DNA from: Dysgonamonadaceae bacterium
Lineage (GTDB): Bacteria; Bacteroidota; Bacteroidia; Bacteroidales; Azobacteroidaceae
Direction of reading: 5' to 3'
DNA length: 64,000 nt
Assembly: GCA_031275735.1 (NCBI GenBank)
Contig: JAISOJ010000077.1
Span: 17,254 to 81,253, forward strand
Below the pieces are notes generated by a model. It did no database searches. It had not been told where the DNA came from and saw only the letters and a list, made by a program, of their open reading frames with translations. The position numbers were made by a program, and so were the translations under genes. The first letter of the stretch is position 1. Each line of letters starts with the position of its first letter. Positions 20,283 through 31,387 of the stretch are shown here, one piece after another.

Positions 20283-22190
20283 ATGAAAAAATATAAAATT
20301 TTAGTAATCATAGGTACGCTGCTTACCGCAATGGCTTGTACCGACTTGGAAGTAGTTCCTTATAGCGAGATCAGCCCGGATAATTATTACAAAGATAAAG
20401 TACAAATTATCGCAGGCGTAAACCGGATATACACCCATTCTTGGAATTCGGTGGGAATGGGAGGATATAACCGCATTTCAGAAACAAGCGCCGATCAATT
20501 AGCTTGGACCAACAAAGGTAGGCACGGATATGACGGAGGCGTACACGGACGACAACATTATCATTCTTGGACAGTAGACGATAATGATGCTTGCTGGGAT
20601 CCTTGGAGAACGCTTTTTACCGGCGTGGGTTATGCCAACAGCATCATGGACGATTTTGAAAACGTCATCGACTTTGCCGCCGCCGGAATATCGGATACGG
20701 AAAGGCAAGAATTGGAATCGGAAATAAGAGGGATAAGGGCGCTTTTCTATATGAAACTGATGGACCTTTACGGAAATATTCCTGTAGTTACGACTGTCGG
20801 AAGTCCGGTTAATCCGCCGACAGTAAGCCGGGCGGATGTATTTAAATTCGTTGAAACCGAATTATTGGAAGCTGCTAAAACTGCCGCCCCGCTTTCTAAA
20901 GAAAAGAACGGAAGATTCACGCTTGCCGCAATTTACGCTTCGCTGGTCGAACTGTATTTGAATGCTGAAGTATGGTCGGGAACAGCCCGTTGGGACGATT
21001 GTATTACTTATTGCAATAAATTAATAAACGGCGAAGGCGGCGCCATCAATGGCGTGATGGAATTGGACGATGATGTAGAAACAACTTTTTCTAATGCCAA
21101 TCAAAGCCGTTCTAAAGAAATCATTTGGTCGAATGCCAGCAACAAATCCAAAGGACGTTGGGTAAATCCGGTGAATATCGCTCATTTCCGCGAACGGGAT
21201 ATCTTGAATACCGATTACGGAGCTAACAACGGTTTAATAGTTACCGCCAACGCCATCGAATCTTATAGCGACCGGGATTTGCGGAAAACTTCTTGGTTTT
21301 TATATGGTATCGGAAAGCACCCCAATCAAGGCCCTTATCTCAATATTGCTACTGCCGATGAAGATGATTATGTGGTAGGTACGGAAGAATTTGCCGGATT
21401 ACCACTCATATTCTGCAACAAACCGATCAAGGCGGTTATTGACTTGGATATATCCGGCGACGATGTTACCATCGTAATTAAAGAATGGTATTCTCCCGAA
21501 TTTCCTGGAGAAGAGGCTAAGCTATTAATACAAAATGCTTTTAATGGGAAAGGTATCAAAGATATCCTGATAGAGAACTTTACCCAAGACAACAATGAGG
21601 TTTACTTGAGCGGAGGATACAATCTAACCGATCCTCGTCAGTATTCGTGGAGTCAATGGAACGACTATCGTTACGTGTGGTACGATTGCAAAGAAAACTC
21701 CGGCGCACGCATCTATAAGTATCATCCGGGACAATACACCGATGCCGATTATGGAAACGCCGATTTAGTATTCTATCGCTTAACAGACGTCTATTTTGCT
21801 AAAGCAGAAGCGCTGATGCGTAAGAGCGGCGTTTCTCAAGAAGTTGTCAGCCTTATCAACGATGTGAAAAGACGGGCATTTGAGGCTGATTACTGGAACA
21901 GCGACGAAGCGATTGCAAATAAAGACCGTTATACGACAGCTACGCTTACAATGGATGAATTGCTGGCCGAACGCGGGCGTGAATTTATCTTGGAAGCCAA
22001 ACGACGTACCGATCTTATCCGGTTCGATAAATTTGAATTTGCCATACCTTGGTGGGACGCTAATGCCGGTTATGGCGACGGAAGCGGAGGATCGATCGTA
22101 AAAGACAAGACCCGAAGACTTTTGGCCATTCCTCGCAACGCCTTGAATGTAAATCCCAATTTGAAACAAAATGACGGTTATGAAGATTAA
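20283..22190 (+). CDS. susD: SusD/RagB-family lipoprotein
   Basis: Lipobox AMAC; RALFYMKLMDLYGNIP; YRLTDVYFAKAEAL; ERGREFILEAKRRTDLIRF; NPNLKQNDGY. Confidence 0.95.
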   Translation: MKKYKILVIIGTLLTAMACTDLEVVPYSEISPDNYYKDKVQIIAGVNRIYTHSWNSVGMGGYNRISETSADQLAWTNKGRHGYDGGVHGRQHYHSWTVDDNDACWDPWRTLFTGVGYANSIMDDFENVIDFAAAGISDTERQELESEIRGIRALFYMKLMDLYGNIPVVTTVGSPVNPPTVSRADVFKFVETELLEAAKTAAPLSKEKNGRFTLAAIYASLVELYLNAEVWSGTARWDDCITYCNKLINGEGGAINGVMELDDDVETTFSNANQSRSKEIIWSNASNKSKGRWVNPVNIAHFRERDILNTDYGANNGLIVTANAIESYSDRDLRKTSWFLYGIGKHPNQGPYLNIATADEDDYVVGTEEFAGLPLIFCNKPIKAVIDLDISGDDVTIVIKEWYSPEFPGEEAKLLIQNAFNGKGIKDILIENFTQDNNEVYLSGGYNLTDPRQYSWSQWNDYRYVWYDCKENSGARIYKYHPGQYTDADYGNADLVFYRLTDVYFAKAEALMRKSGVSQEVVSLINDVKRRAFEADYWNSDEAIANKDRYTTATLTMDELLAERGREFILEAKRRTDLIRFDKFEFAIPWWDANAGYGDGSGGSIVKDKTRRLLAIPRNALNVNPNLKQNDGYED

Positions 22191-22216
22191 CCAAGTAGCA
22201 AAACAATAGTTTTTTG

Positions 22217-22283
22217 TCCTTGCGAACGGGACGAAGCAGTCCGGTAAGGAGAAGAGGAATTGCTTCGAATCCTTTCGCAAGGA
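22217..22283. repeat. REP-like imperfect palindrome after susD
   Basis: TCCTTGCGAA...GAAGCAGTCC-loop-GGAATTGCTTC...TTCGCAAGGA. Confidence 0.65.
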
Positions 22284-22421
22284 TATATATAATTAACTAT
22301 AATTATAACTCAATTACTTATATTAAAAACGATTTCTATTTAAATTTGTATATATTTGCAGTCGACTAACATCGAATTTTGTTTTGTAACTCATAATTCA
22401 TAATTTATAACTCATTTACGC

Positions 22422-23720
22422 ATGAAAACACTCAATCTGTCAGCAATAGGACTTTTTGTCTATTGCCTTTTTTGTTTAAATTTTACAGCCTCTGCTGCTG
22501 ATAAATTGATGGCTGGAACAGCCAAAATAAACATTACGCCTCCCGAAACAAAGTATCCCGTTCATGATTCTTTATATGCAAGAAGCCTCATCTTAGAAGC
22601 AGGAGACGTTCGTATCGCTTTTATTGCGGTTGATTTGGGCGGTTATACCAATATCCCGCTGGAAGAAAGTTTGAAAAAACAATTCAATCTGAAAGAAGTT
22701 TATTTTTGTCCGCAACACACTCATTCATCCGCTACAGGAGAAAGAAAATGGTTGGAAGACAAACTTGCCGCCGCCGTAAGCGAAGCTTCGAAAAACATGT
22801 TCGAGGCACGTATTTCCGGCGGATACAGGACATTCCCGCAATTGAGCTTTAACCGCTTGATAATCCGAGAGGATGGTCACGCGAGAGAATCGTGGTTTGC
22901 CGACGAACACTACCGCTACATCAATCGTGAACGCTTGCCGCACGGACCGGTAGATCCTTCGGTAGGAGTGATCAAATTGGAAGATACCCAGGGTAATCCT
23001 CGCATTTTAGTGATGAATTATGCTTGCCATCCCGATGTGGCATGGAACAACTTTGAAGTTTCGGCCGATTATGTAGGCTATGCTGCCAAATACACTGAAG
23101 AAGCGTTTGACAATAAAATCAATTGCCTCTTTATTCAAGGCGGCGGCGGTAATCAGGCTCCACTTTTTAAGGATGGTGGAAGAACCGGTCCCGACGATCC
23201 CCGCAAATCGAACTACGACCTAATCGACCGGATGGGAAAATTACTTTCCATCGAAGCGGTAAAACTTGCCAAGGAATTGTATCCCAACCCTTATGACGTT
23301 CCTGATATCAAAGTGAAAACCGATTCTTTGCATTTTACCGGCCGCTACGATAAATCGCTTTTTTATAATGTCTATTTTTCTATTATTTCCATCAATAGTC
23401 GGTTTGCTATTGCAACATTTCCGGGTGAACCCTTCATTAAATTCCAAATAGATTGGAAAAAAGAAATGGCGCCTCATGCTATACCTTTCTTTTTCGGTTA
23501 TACATGGAACGGAGGGAAATGGCCCATTTATGTACCGGATATCCGTTCTTCCGCATTAGGCGGATATGGAGCCGATTGGGGACCGAACTTGATAGAAATA
23601 GGCGCCGGCGAGCGAATCATGGCTAAACAATTGGAAAATTATTATTGGATGACCGGCCTGATGCGAAGCGAACCGGGTCCAAGCGAACATAGATTAGACG
23701 GCGGAATTGTCATACCCTAA
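22422..23720 (+). CDS. Neutral/alkaline ceramidase-like amidohydrolase, secreted
   Basis: AGTAKINITP, HDSLYARSL, QHTHS, MNYACHP, SADYVG, FIQGGGGN, PGEPF. Confidence 0.75.
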   Translation: MKTLNLSAIGLFVYCLFCLNFTASAADKLMAGTAKINITPPETKYPVHDSLYARSLILEAGDVRIAFIAVDLGGYTNIPLEESLKKQFNLKEVYFCPQHTHSSATGERKWLEDKLAAAVSEASKNMFEARISGGYRTFPQLSFNRLIIREDGHARESWFADEHYRYINRERLPHGPVDPSVGVIKLEDTQGNPRILVMNYACHPDVAWNNFEVSADYVGYAAKYTEEAFDNKINCLFIQGGGGNQAPLFKDGGRTGPDDPRKSNYDLIDRMGKLLSIEAVKLAKELYPNPYDVPDIKVKTDSLHFTGRYDKSLFYNVYFSIISINSRFAIATFPGEPFIKFQIDWKKEMAPHAIPFFFGYTWNGGKWPIYVPDIRSSALGGYGADWGPNLIEIGAGERIMAKQLENYYWMTGLMRSEPGPSEHRLDGGIVIP

Positions 23721-23737
23721 AATGAATTAATAAAATA

Positions 23738-26344
23738 ATGAAAAAATTTTTAATCCTAACAGGTATTTTTGTAATGACTTTGTGCGTAACAGAGCGAGTT
23801 TGGGGACAAACCGACTACAAGTTTCAAAATCCGGATTTACCTATAAAAGAACGAGTAAACAATTTGGTAAGTCTTTTGACTCTTGAAGAAAAAATTGCGC
23901 AAATGATGAATAATGCTCCGGCTATTGAGCGTTTAGGAATCCCTGCCTACAATTGGTGGAACGAATGTCTGCATGGCGTTGCCCGGAGTCCTTATCCTGT
24001 CACCTCTTTCCCGCAAGCCATTGCAATGGCGGCAACCTGGGATACCGAATCTATTCGCCAAATGGCGGAATATGCCTCGAACGAAGGGAGGGCTATTTTC
24101 CACGATGCTTCCCGAAAAGGGAAAACCGGTATCTTTTTAGGATTAACGTATTGGAGTCCGAACATTAATATTTTCAGGGATCCCCGTTGGGGACGCGGAC
24201 AGGAAACTTACGGCGAAGACCCTTTTCTCACAGGAGCTATGGGCGCTTCGTTCGTAAACGGTATGCAAGGAAATGATCCGGTATACCTGAAAGCGTCGGC
24301 ATGTGCCAAGCATTATGCTGTGCATAGCGGACCGGAATGGAACCGGCATACGTACAACGCCGAAATCAGTACTTTCGACTTATGGGACACTTACCTTCCC
24401 TCTTTCAGGGAATTGGTCGTTGATGCGCACGTAACCGGCGTTATGTGCGCATACAACGCTTTTTTCGGTCAGCCTTGCTGTGGCAACGACGCTCTAATGA
24501 TCGATATCCTGCACAATCAATGGGGTTTCGATGGATACGTAACATCGGATTGCGGAGCTATCAAGGATTTTTATCAAACTCATAAAACGCATCCCGACGC
24601 CGGAAACGCCGCAGCAGATGCCGTATTGCACGAAACCGATTGCGAATGTGACAATAATGGGGCTTACCAGGCTCTATCGGAAGCTGTAAACAAAGGCTTA
24701 ATCAAGGAAGAAGATATTGATGTTTCAGTGAAAAAATTGTTTAACATCCGCTTCCGATTAGGTATGTTCGATCCCGACGAACGAGTTCCTTATTCACGGA
24801 TTCCTCTTTCAGTATTAGAATGTGACGAACATAAAGCGCACGCACTGAAAATGGCACGACAATCCATTGTTTTACTGAAAAATGAAAATGGCTTGTTGCC
24901 CCTGGACAAAAAGAAAACGAAAAAAATGACGGTTATAGGACCAAATGCAGACGAAGAAAGCGTTTTATTAGCGAATTATTATGGCTATCCTTCCGAAGTG
25001 ACTACTTTACTGGAGGGGATAAAAGAAAAAGCAGGAAACGATATTCAGATTGTGTATCAAAAAGGCGTTAATTTAACGGATAATTTTGTTTTTATTCCGG
25101 AATATGACCACACAACATTCAGCTATGATGGGCAACAAGGATTTAAAGCCGAATACTACGCAAATACAAAGCGGGAAGGGTCTCCGGGCGTAAGCCGTAT
25201 TGAAAAGAAGATTGATTACCGCTGGGGCGATGGACAAGACATCGACAATGGAATCATCGCACGCCAAATGTCTGCTCGCTGGTCAACGGTATTCACTCCC
25301 GCTAAAGATGGGGAAGTATGTTTTGAACTCAAAGCGGACGATTGGGCGGAATTTTTAATCGATGGCGTAAAACAAAAGCCGGTAAGCAATATCAATGCCT
25401 ATTACCTGTTAGACGCCCGGAAAGGCAAAACTTACAACTTGGATATTCACTACTTGCAACATGCCGACAATGCTGAAATAAAATTTAATATGGGAACGCT
25501 GCAAAGATCCGATCCTCAAAAGATAGCAGCTTCAATCGGCGATGCCGACGTCATTATTTTTGCCGGAGGAATATCGGCAAAAGTCGAAGGAGAAGAAATG
25601 GGTGTTGAAATTGACGGCTTCAAAAGAGGCGACCGGACTTCCATCGAATTACCCGCCGTACAAAAAGAGTTGTTGAAGGAGTTGCATGCTACGGGAAAAC
25701 CGGTTGTTTTGGTTTTAATGACCGGAAGCGCTATGGGTTTGGAATGGGAATCCCAACACCTTCCGGCGATAGTAAATGCTTGGTATGGCGGTCAAGCCGG
25801 CGGATGCGCAATTGCGGATGTTTTGTTTGGAGACTATAATCCGGCAGGACGTCTTCCGGTAACATTTTATAAGAGTGTTGACGATTTACCCGATTTTGAA
25901 GATTACAGTATGGCAAATCGTACTTACCGGTATTTTAAAGGAACACCCCTATATCCGTTTGGCTATGGATTAAGTTATACAACCTTTCAATACAGTTATT
26001 TAGATGTCGAATCTGTGCCGGAAAGCCGTTCAATTACCATAAAAGCAACGGTTTCCAATACTGGTGAAAGGGAGGGCGAAGAAGTGGTCGAATTATATTT
26101 GACCAATCCTCGTACATTTACAACTCCTATTCGGGCATTGAAAGGTTTCAAACGAATCGATCTGAAACCGGGCGAATCGCAAACAGTCGAGTTTACATTA
26201 ACGTCTAAAGAACTGACGGTAGTAAACGAATCGGGCGAATCTGTTCCTATGGAAGGGGAGATTATCGTTTCGGTAGGCGGAGGACAACCTTCAATAGATT
26301 CGTTAAATGAAGGGAAATACATTCGGAAAAAAATTAATTTGTGA
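23738..26344 (+). CDS. GH3 beta-xylosidase/beta-glucosidase with PA14 and fn3-like domains
   Basis: WWNECLHG, WSPNINIFRDPRWGRGQETYGEDP, AKHYAVHSGPE, YVTSDCGA, YPFGYGLSYT. Confidence 0.95.
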   Translation: MKKFLILTGIFVMTLCVTERVWGQTDYKFQNPDLPIKERVNNLVSLLTLEEKIAQMMNNAPAIERLGIPAYNWWNECLHGVARSPYPVTSFPQAIAMAATWDTESIRQMAEYASNEGRAIFHDASRKGKTGIFLGLTYWSPNINIFRDPRWGRGQETYGEDPFLTGAMGASFVNGMQGNDPVYLKASACAKHYAVHSGPEWNRHTYNAEISTFDLWDTYLPSFRELVVDAHVTGVMCAYNAFFGQPCCGNDALMIDILHNQWGFDGYVTSDCGAIKDFYQTHKTHPDAGNAAADAVLHETDCECDNNGAYQALSEAVNKGLIKEEDIDVSVKKLFNIRFRLGMFDPDERVPYSRIPLSVLECDEHKAHALKMARQSIVLLKNENGLLPLDKKKTKKMTVIGPNADEESVLLANYYGYPSEVTTLLEGIKEKAGNDIQIVYQKGVNLTDNFVFIPEYDHTTFSYDGQQGFKAEYYANTKREGSPGVSRIEKKIDYRWGDGQDIDNGIIARQMSARWSTVFTPAKDGEVCFELKADDWAEFLIDGVKQKPVSNINAYYLLDARKGKTYNLDIHYLQHADNAEIKFNMGTLQRSDPQKIAASIGDADVIIFAGGISAKVEGEEMGVEIDGFKRGDRTSIELPAVQKELLKELHATGKPVVLVLMTGSAMGLEWESQHLPAIVNAWYGGQAGGCAIADVLFGDYNPAGRLPVTFYKSVDDLPDFEDYSMANRTYRYFKGTPLYPFGYGLSYTTFQYSYLDVESVPESRSITIKATVSNTGEREGEEVVELYLTNPRTFTTPIRALKGFKRIDLKPGESQTVEFTLTSKELTVVNESGESVPMEGEIIVSVGGGQPSIDSLNEGKYIRKKINL

Positions 26345-26424
26345 AATTTTTTGCATAAATTCACGCTTTGAGGTTATTATACGATGCTCTGTGTCATGTC
26401 CTGATATAGAGTGACAGGTAATTC

Positions 26425-27855
26425 CTATCTTTTTTCCCCGATGGGAATCGTAATTCCCAATTGGACGTTTGCAACCTTTGTGGTGGTAGGAATAAAATCC
26501 GGATTGACATGCGGAATGAGGTAATCCGAAGCGATAAACAAATTTAAACCCAAGACAGGAGCAATATGCAATGCGAAACAAAAAGTTTTAAACCGTCCGT
26601 GAATAAAAGAATGACCGGCAGCAATGCCCAACCACTTGAGGGGTTGATAATTGGCAGATAAAGTAAGTTCTGTCTGCGTATGGTAGGGAAGAAAAGCCGT
26701 AGACGACAACAAACCAATACTTAACTTGTCTTTCCAAACCTCGTATATTATTCCTGCATTTAACTTGCTGTAAAGCGAAGTAATAGAGGAATGTGGTGGT
26801 GTCATGTCTTCTCTGAATTCTATCCCTTTTTTTAAGCTGCTAAGTATTCCTTCCAAATGATCTTTCAATGAATTGTTATTGTCGTTAAAATCGAAAGAAA
26901 GATTATTCGGATCAATACGTCCTATTCCTTGAGAACGTATCGCTGCGGAATACTTGCTCCAGCGAATGTAACCAACGTCTATCAAAGCTAGCGAAACTTT
27001 CATGCGACTCAAAATATCTGCCGGAGTTCCTTTGAAAAAATCAGATAAATGCGAAAGATCATATTCGACGCCTATATCAAATCCGAGGCCATACCCGCTA
27101 GGAGGCAAGATAAATTTATTATAGGCTATTTCGTTAAAAATTTTATCTTCGTCGTATTTGGCCTTTAGCATCTGTCCCGACATTTGTATTTGGGAGTTGG
27201 AATGAACAATCCAATCTTCCTCTCCGGTTTCCAAACTCAATGATCGAACCTTAAAATCAAAATTTTCGTTTCCTGTTAAAAATTTACCCCGAAATCCGGC
27301 CTTAATTGCGCCGTCCAAAAAAGTCAGGGAATAACCTACTCCTAATTCGGTAAAAATGGTTGTGCTAACATCGACATTAGAAAGGTCAAAGACTTTCTTT
27401 TTTTCAACACCAAATCCTTCTTTAGCTAACTTGAAAAAGCTTTTTGGAATATTGACGCCGGCAAACATTCTTAAACTCAGATCGACGTTCCAGAAACCTT
27501 CCCCTGCATACCAACCAGCAGAAAGTAGACCGGCGTTAACTTCCAGGTCCAAGTAATTATTAATGGAAATATTTCTGAGAAATTCATCGGCGCTAATATT
27601 TTCGTTCATAAAAAACAAGTAATTACCGTCCTTATAAAAAGTAAAATGATCCAGATTGAGCGTATTCGTATTCATATTTACGTAAAAATTGCCCAAAGCA
27701 GGAAATGCTAGGTATCCTTGATTAGGATGCAGCGCCGGATTTAAAAACGTGCGCATGCTTGCGTTTTCCATGAAATAACTGATTTGTGTTGCCTGACTTC
27801 TCCCAACAACAGGAAAGCAAAGCGCTCCAAGTAAAATAATATATAATGTTTTCAT
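26425..27855 (-). CDS. DUF5723-like outer-membrane protein
   Basis: Signal MKTLYIILLGALCFPVVGRSQ; YFMEN...LNPALHP; GYGLGFDIG; DVGYIRW. The upstream extension to 27948 is repeat-derived. Confidence 0.7.
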   Translation of the reverse strand: MKTLYIILLGALCFPVVGRSQATQISYFMENASMRTFLNPALHPNQGYLAFPALGNFYVNMNTNTLNLDHFTFYKDGNYLFFMNENISADEFLRNISINNYLDLEVNAGLLSAGWYAGEGFWNVDLSLRMFAGVNIPKSFFKLAKEGFGVEKKKVFDLSNVDVSTTIFTELGVGYSLTFLDGAIKAGFRGKFLTGNENFDFKVRSLSLETGEEDWIVHSNSQIQMSGQMLKAKYDEDKIFNEIAYNKFILPPSGYGLGFDIGVEYDLSHLSDFFKGTPADILSRMKVSLALIDVGYIRWSKYSAAIRSQGIGRIDPNNLSFDFNDNNNSLKDHLEGILSSLKKGIEFREDMTPPHSSITSLYSKLNAGIIYEVWKDKLSIGLLSSTAFLPYHTQTELTLSANYQPLKWLGIAAGHSFIHGRFKTFCFALHIAPVLGLNLFIASDYLIPHVNPDFIPTTTKVANVQLGITIPIGEKR

Positions 27856-27859
27856 ACGT

Positions 27860-27988
27860 AAATAAGTGACGAGTGACAAGTGACGAGTGACAAGTAAACG
27901 AGTGACGAGTAAACAAGTAAACGAGTTGACGAGTAAACGAATACTCATCTTTATGCTCTTGGGTGTGTGAAATACATGAATGTTTCAT
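27860..27988 (-). repeat. Dispersed repeat element with 7/8-nt tandem units, copy 2
   Basis: Minus strand reads ATGAAACATTCATGTATTTCACACACCCAAGAG followed by TTTACTCGTCAACTCGTTTACTTGT...CACTCGTCACTTGT units. Confidence 0.8.
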
Positions 27989-29703
27989 AATTTAAAATGT
28001 ATTCCTCCGGTTTTTTCGAAAATCAGGTCCTTAATGAGAATATAATCGTTAACGTTCAATCCTTTCGTTTCCTCATTGCCCATTGCTGCATCATTTACCC
28101 CCACCGTAAAGCTGATTTTAATATGTTTCGCCTTTTGTATCAGTCCGAAATATTGATTTTTAATCCGAAATTCAAACTCTTTTTGGTCTCCTCTTAATTC
28201 AATCGGTTCAATCACAATTTCATCCAACACACTGTAATTTTCATCCAAAATAGCCGTATTCAATTCAAAATCCAGCGGTAGGGTATTTTCAACTTCTGCA
28301 ATGATAATTATATCTCCGCTATACGACGAATCGTAGAATAGAATATCAAGCAAATCTTCGTCAAAAACATTTGCAATCGTGTCGGAAAATGTAAGCGCCA
28401 TGTCTTTGTCGAAAGCAAATGGAACTTGTATTTGGTATGCAACATCCATAGCCGGTTGTTCGTGAAAATCGACAAAATGCACTTTATCTGTCGTGTTTGT
28501 AACAATTTCTAATTCATATCGGACAGTATCCGGTTTTGCTTGAATTATAGGGTTAAAATTGAACGGTTTGTACGTAGCTCCGTCAGGGATATCTTCATTT
28601 CTTGGCGCAAAATAATAAAAGTTGTTTTTAGGTTTTCCGTTATCTTCTATCGAAGGCGCCTCTAATAAAAAAGAAGTCGAAACAGTTGTTTCCGGTATGG
28701 CAGCATCCTTGCTTTTCCCGGAAAAATGAAGTGTAGCATCCAAAGGAACGCCTACATTACCAGTTGTTTTCAATTGTATGGATGGATTGTAAAAACTAAG
28801 TTTGCCTTCTGGAAACAAGGATTTAAAAAAGGAAGTATTAAACGTTTCGAAAAAGGACGTATTGACGTTAATTTTCCCATACACCTTCCCGATATAAATT
28901 ATATTTCCTTCTTCGTCATTCATTTCCGGAATAAAAAAATTAACTATGATTTGAGGATTATTTCCAAATTTAATTTCTTCCATTTCTCCCTTTGTTTTTT
29001 TCAAAGTGAGCTTATAGTTGATTTTTCCCGCCGAAGAGGTGAAATTGTATTTGAAAATAAAAATGGCTTGAGATACTGTTTTACCGCTTATACAATCTAT
29101 TGGATTAAATGTTAAGTAGGTAGGATTTTCCCAAACGGTAAATGCCTCTGAAAAAGTTATTTCCAGGACTAGCTCCATGTTTTCCTGCGACGCGGCAATA
29201 TCAATCAGTTCTAATGAAATGAAGGCTGGAAGTGTATCAAATTCGCAAGAATCAATAATCGCTGTTCCCCAGTCTTTTTTTATCGCAGGTAAATCAAGAG
29301 AATATTTAACTTCGCCTTTCGGAATAAGTACAATCGAGTCCCACATTAAAGGTATGGTAATTTCCTGTAAATGAGAAAAATCATCATAAATGAACTGAAC
29401 GGACCTCTTCGGATGAAGTAGAAATTCCTCTTTTTTAGGTAAATCGAAACTGTAATTTCCGCTACAAGAAAAGTAGTAATTACCTTTTTCATCCATATAT
29501 AAGCTGTCAATCGCTTCATTTTCCAGTATTTTCTTCAGGAAAACAGTATCTACGCTGCCAACAGGAACAACAATCCCATTGGGACTGAAAATATTATACT
29601 TGTTCAACTTATTGAGATCGTATTTTATATCCACGCAAGAAGATACAACAATTAGTAATACCGCAGAAAATATTACCGAAGCTGGTACTATCTTTTTTTT
29701 CAT
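27985..29703 (-). CDS. Hypothetical lipoprotein (DUF4621-like), partner of the DUF5723-like protein
   Basis: Lipobox VSSC followed by VDIKYDL; beta-rich; co-oriented with the downstream OMP. Confidence 0.65.
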   Translation of the reverse strand: MKKKIVPASVIFSAVLLIVVSSCVDIKYDLNKLNKYNIFSPNGIVVPVGSVDTVFLKKILENEAIDSLYMDEKGNYYFSCSGNYSFDLPKKEEFLLHPKRSVQFIYDDFSHLQEITIPLMWDSIVLIPKGEVKYSLDLPAIKKDWGTAIIDSCEFDTLPAFISLELIDIAASQENMELVLEITFSEAFTVWENPTYLTFNPIDCISGKTVSQAIFIFKYNFTSSAGKINYKLTLKKTKGEMEEIKFGNNPQIIVNFFIPEMNDEEGNIIYIGKVYGKINVNTSFFETFNTSFFKSLFPEGKLSFYNPSIQLKTTGNVGVPLDATLHFSGKSKDAAIPETTVSTSFLLEAPSIEDNGKPKNNFYYFAPRNEDIPDGATYKPFNFNPIIQAKPDTVRYELEIVTNTTDKVHFVDFHEQPAMDVAYQIQVPFAFDKDMALTFSDTIANVFDEDLLDILFYDSSYSGDIIIIAEVENTLPLDFELNTAILDENYSVLDEIVIEPIELRGDQKEFEFRIKNQYFGLIQKAKHIKISFTVGVNDAAMGNEETKGLNVNDYILIKDLIFEKTGGIHFKL

Positions 29704-29959
29704 GTTAATTGGTTTTGATTAATTACATCTCTTTCTATATACTATACAAATAAACATAACAAAATGTTCATTTGTATAGTAAATTACGAAGAAAGCCGTC
29801 GAAAAGCAAGAAAAAAGAACACGGATAATGCTGATACCGGCTTTCCGATACCGGTAATTTGCTTTCCGAAGCGAGTATAGGGCAAGATTATACTATGCTC
29901 GGTATAGTTTGTGCGCAATAGGTAGGAGGAAGGAGGATCGAGTGAATTCGGAGATGATT

Positions 29960-31387
29960 TTACTTTGAATCATCCGGATAGTCGCCGAAAATAATATCTA
30001 AAGCACTAGGATCGATTTTTTTTGCTACAATTATTTTGTCTTTATCCAAAACGTAAACGCTTGGCGTAGCGCTTGTATCGTAAAAATGCCAGAAAAACGA
30101 TTTCCGGTCGGGATCCCATAAATTGTGCCAATGCGCTCCTTCGAGGTGATTTTGTTTCACAAAGTTTAACCATTCTTGCCGGTCATTGCTGATGCAAACC
30201 GCCGCTACATCCAAACCTTTACCGGCATATTTTCTATAAATTTTTTCATAAATTTCGGGAGTTGTTTTAATGCAGTGGCCGCAAGAAGGTTCATAAAAAT
30301 AGAGTAAAGTATATTTTTCATTCAAATCGTAAAGTTTCATCTGTTTGCCGGTCGAATCCTGCAAATCCATATCATAGGCCGTCATTCCGATTCGGTTGTA
30401 GCGTAATTTGTTGTATTCAAATTCAATATTGGAATGATGCGTGGAGTCGCCCCAAGTAACAAACCCTTTATGATAATAGTCTTCAACCAATTTTGCCCAG
30501 ATATTTTCCATGCCCATGATTTTACTTTTAGCGGAAAAATCGATGAGCCGGTTCATCATGAGTTGGAAAGTAATACTGTCGCCCATCGTTTTAGCAACAA
30601 GACGTGAAGCCGCCGCCGCTAAAGAATCGGGATGTTGCTCGATCTGATTCTCCATGTATTCAGTCACTTTCAGCGGAAAATAATTCGTCCGCCAAAACCG
30701 GCGGTCTTGTAAATCTATGTTGTCGAAAAAATGTTCTTTTTGATAAGAAAATTCTTTATTAAATTCTTCTTGCGTTTGAGGAGTAGGGTAGGGGCCTGTA
30801 GTTACCGGTTGAGTCCCCAGAAAAAACCGTCCCACCCATTGGTCTTTATAATGGGCTATCAAATTTTTTTGGTTTTGTTCCACTTCTTCATCCAAATCAT
30901 CTAATTGTTTTTGAAATTGTTCCCGGTTTTTTTCCTTTTCTTCTTCTGAAAATGCTTGGTATTGTTTTTGAATTTGTTCTCTCGCATCTCTCTTTTCATT
31001 CAAATAGTCGATCCACGATTGAAATGCCTCCGATTGCTCCGCTCCCGAAATCCGGGTATGCTTGAAAACATCTGTCGTATCGGTAATTGTTATAGTTAAA
31101 GTTTGGTCGTCGGACAACAAAAAATCGGCGTACTGGTTACTGTTTAAGACAATCAGGTAGATTCCTTCTTTGTAGTTTTCTTTATTATGAAAAACGCCTT
31201 CTCCTTGCGGAGATAAATAAAGGGAGTCCTGCTTGTAAATCAGTCCGTTGAAATAATAGCATAAAAAAATTTTCCGTTCGCTTAATTGCGGGATTTTCAC
31301 TTCTATCCCGACCGCGTCGTTAGCGGCAAGGACAGAAGTGAAAGTTACAAAAATAAATGCAACGAATAAAAGCTGCTTAAATTTCAT
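29960..31387 (-). CDS. TlpA/thioredoxin-like protein (DUF5106-type)
   Basis: Signal peptide; C-terminal LYFYEPSCGHC and ATPSVYVLD. Confidence 0.85.
   Translation of the reverse strand: MKFKQLLFVAFIFVTFTSVLAANDAVGIEVKIPQLSERKIFLCYYFNGLIYKQDSLYLSPQGEGVFHNKENYKEGIYLIVLNSNQYADFLLSDDQTLTITITDTTDVFKHTRISGAEQSEAFQSWIDYLNEKRDAREQIQKQYQAFSEEEKEKNREQFQKQLDDLDEEVEQNQKNLIAHYKDQWVGRFFLGTQPVTTGPYPTPQTQEEFNKEFSYQKEHFFDNIDLQDRRFWRTNYFPLKVTEYMENQIEQHPDSLAAAASRLVAKTMGDSITFQLMMNRLIDFSAKSKIMGMENIWAKLVEDYYHKGFVTWGDSTHHSNIEFEYNKLRYNRIGMTAYDMDLQDSTGKQMKLYDLNEKYTLLYFYEPSCGHCIKTTPEIYEKIYRKYAGKGLDVAAVCISNDRQEWLNFVKQNHLEGAHWHNLWDPDRKSFFWHFYDTSATPSVYVLDKDKIIVAKKIDPSALDIIFGDYPDDSK

Noticed and set aside
27722-27988. 88-aa ORF starting MKHSC, similar to the TolC N-terminus
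   Set aside because: The similarity comes from the shared repeat element, and the ORF overlaps the DUF5723-like gene out of frame
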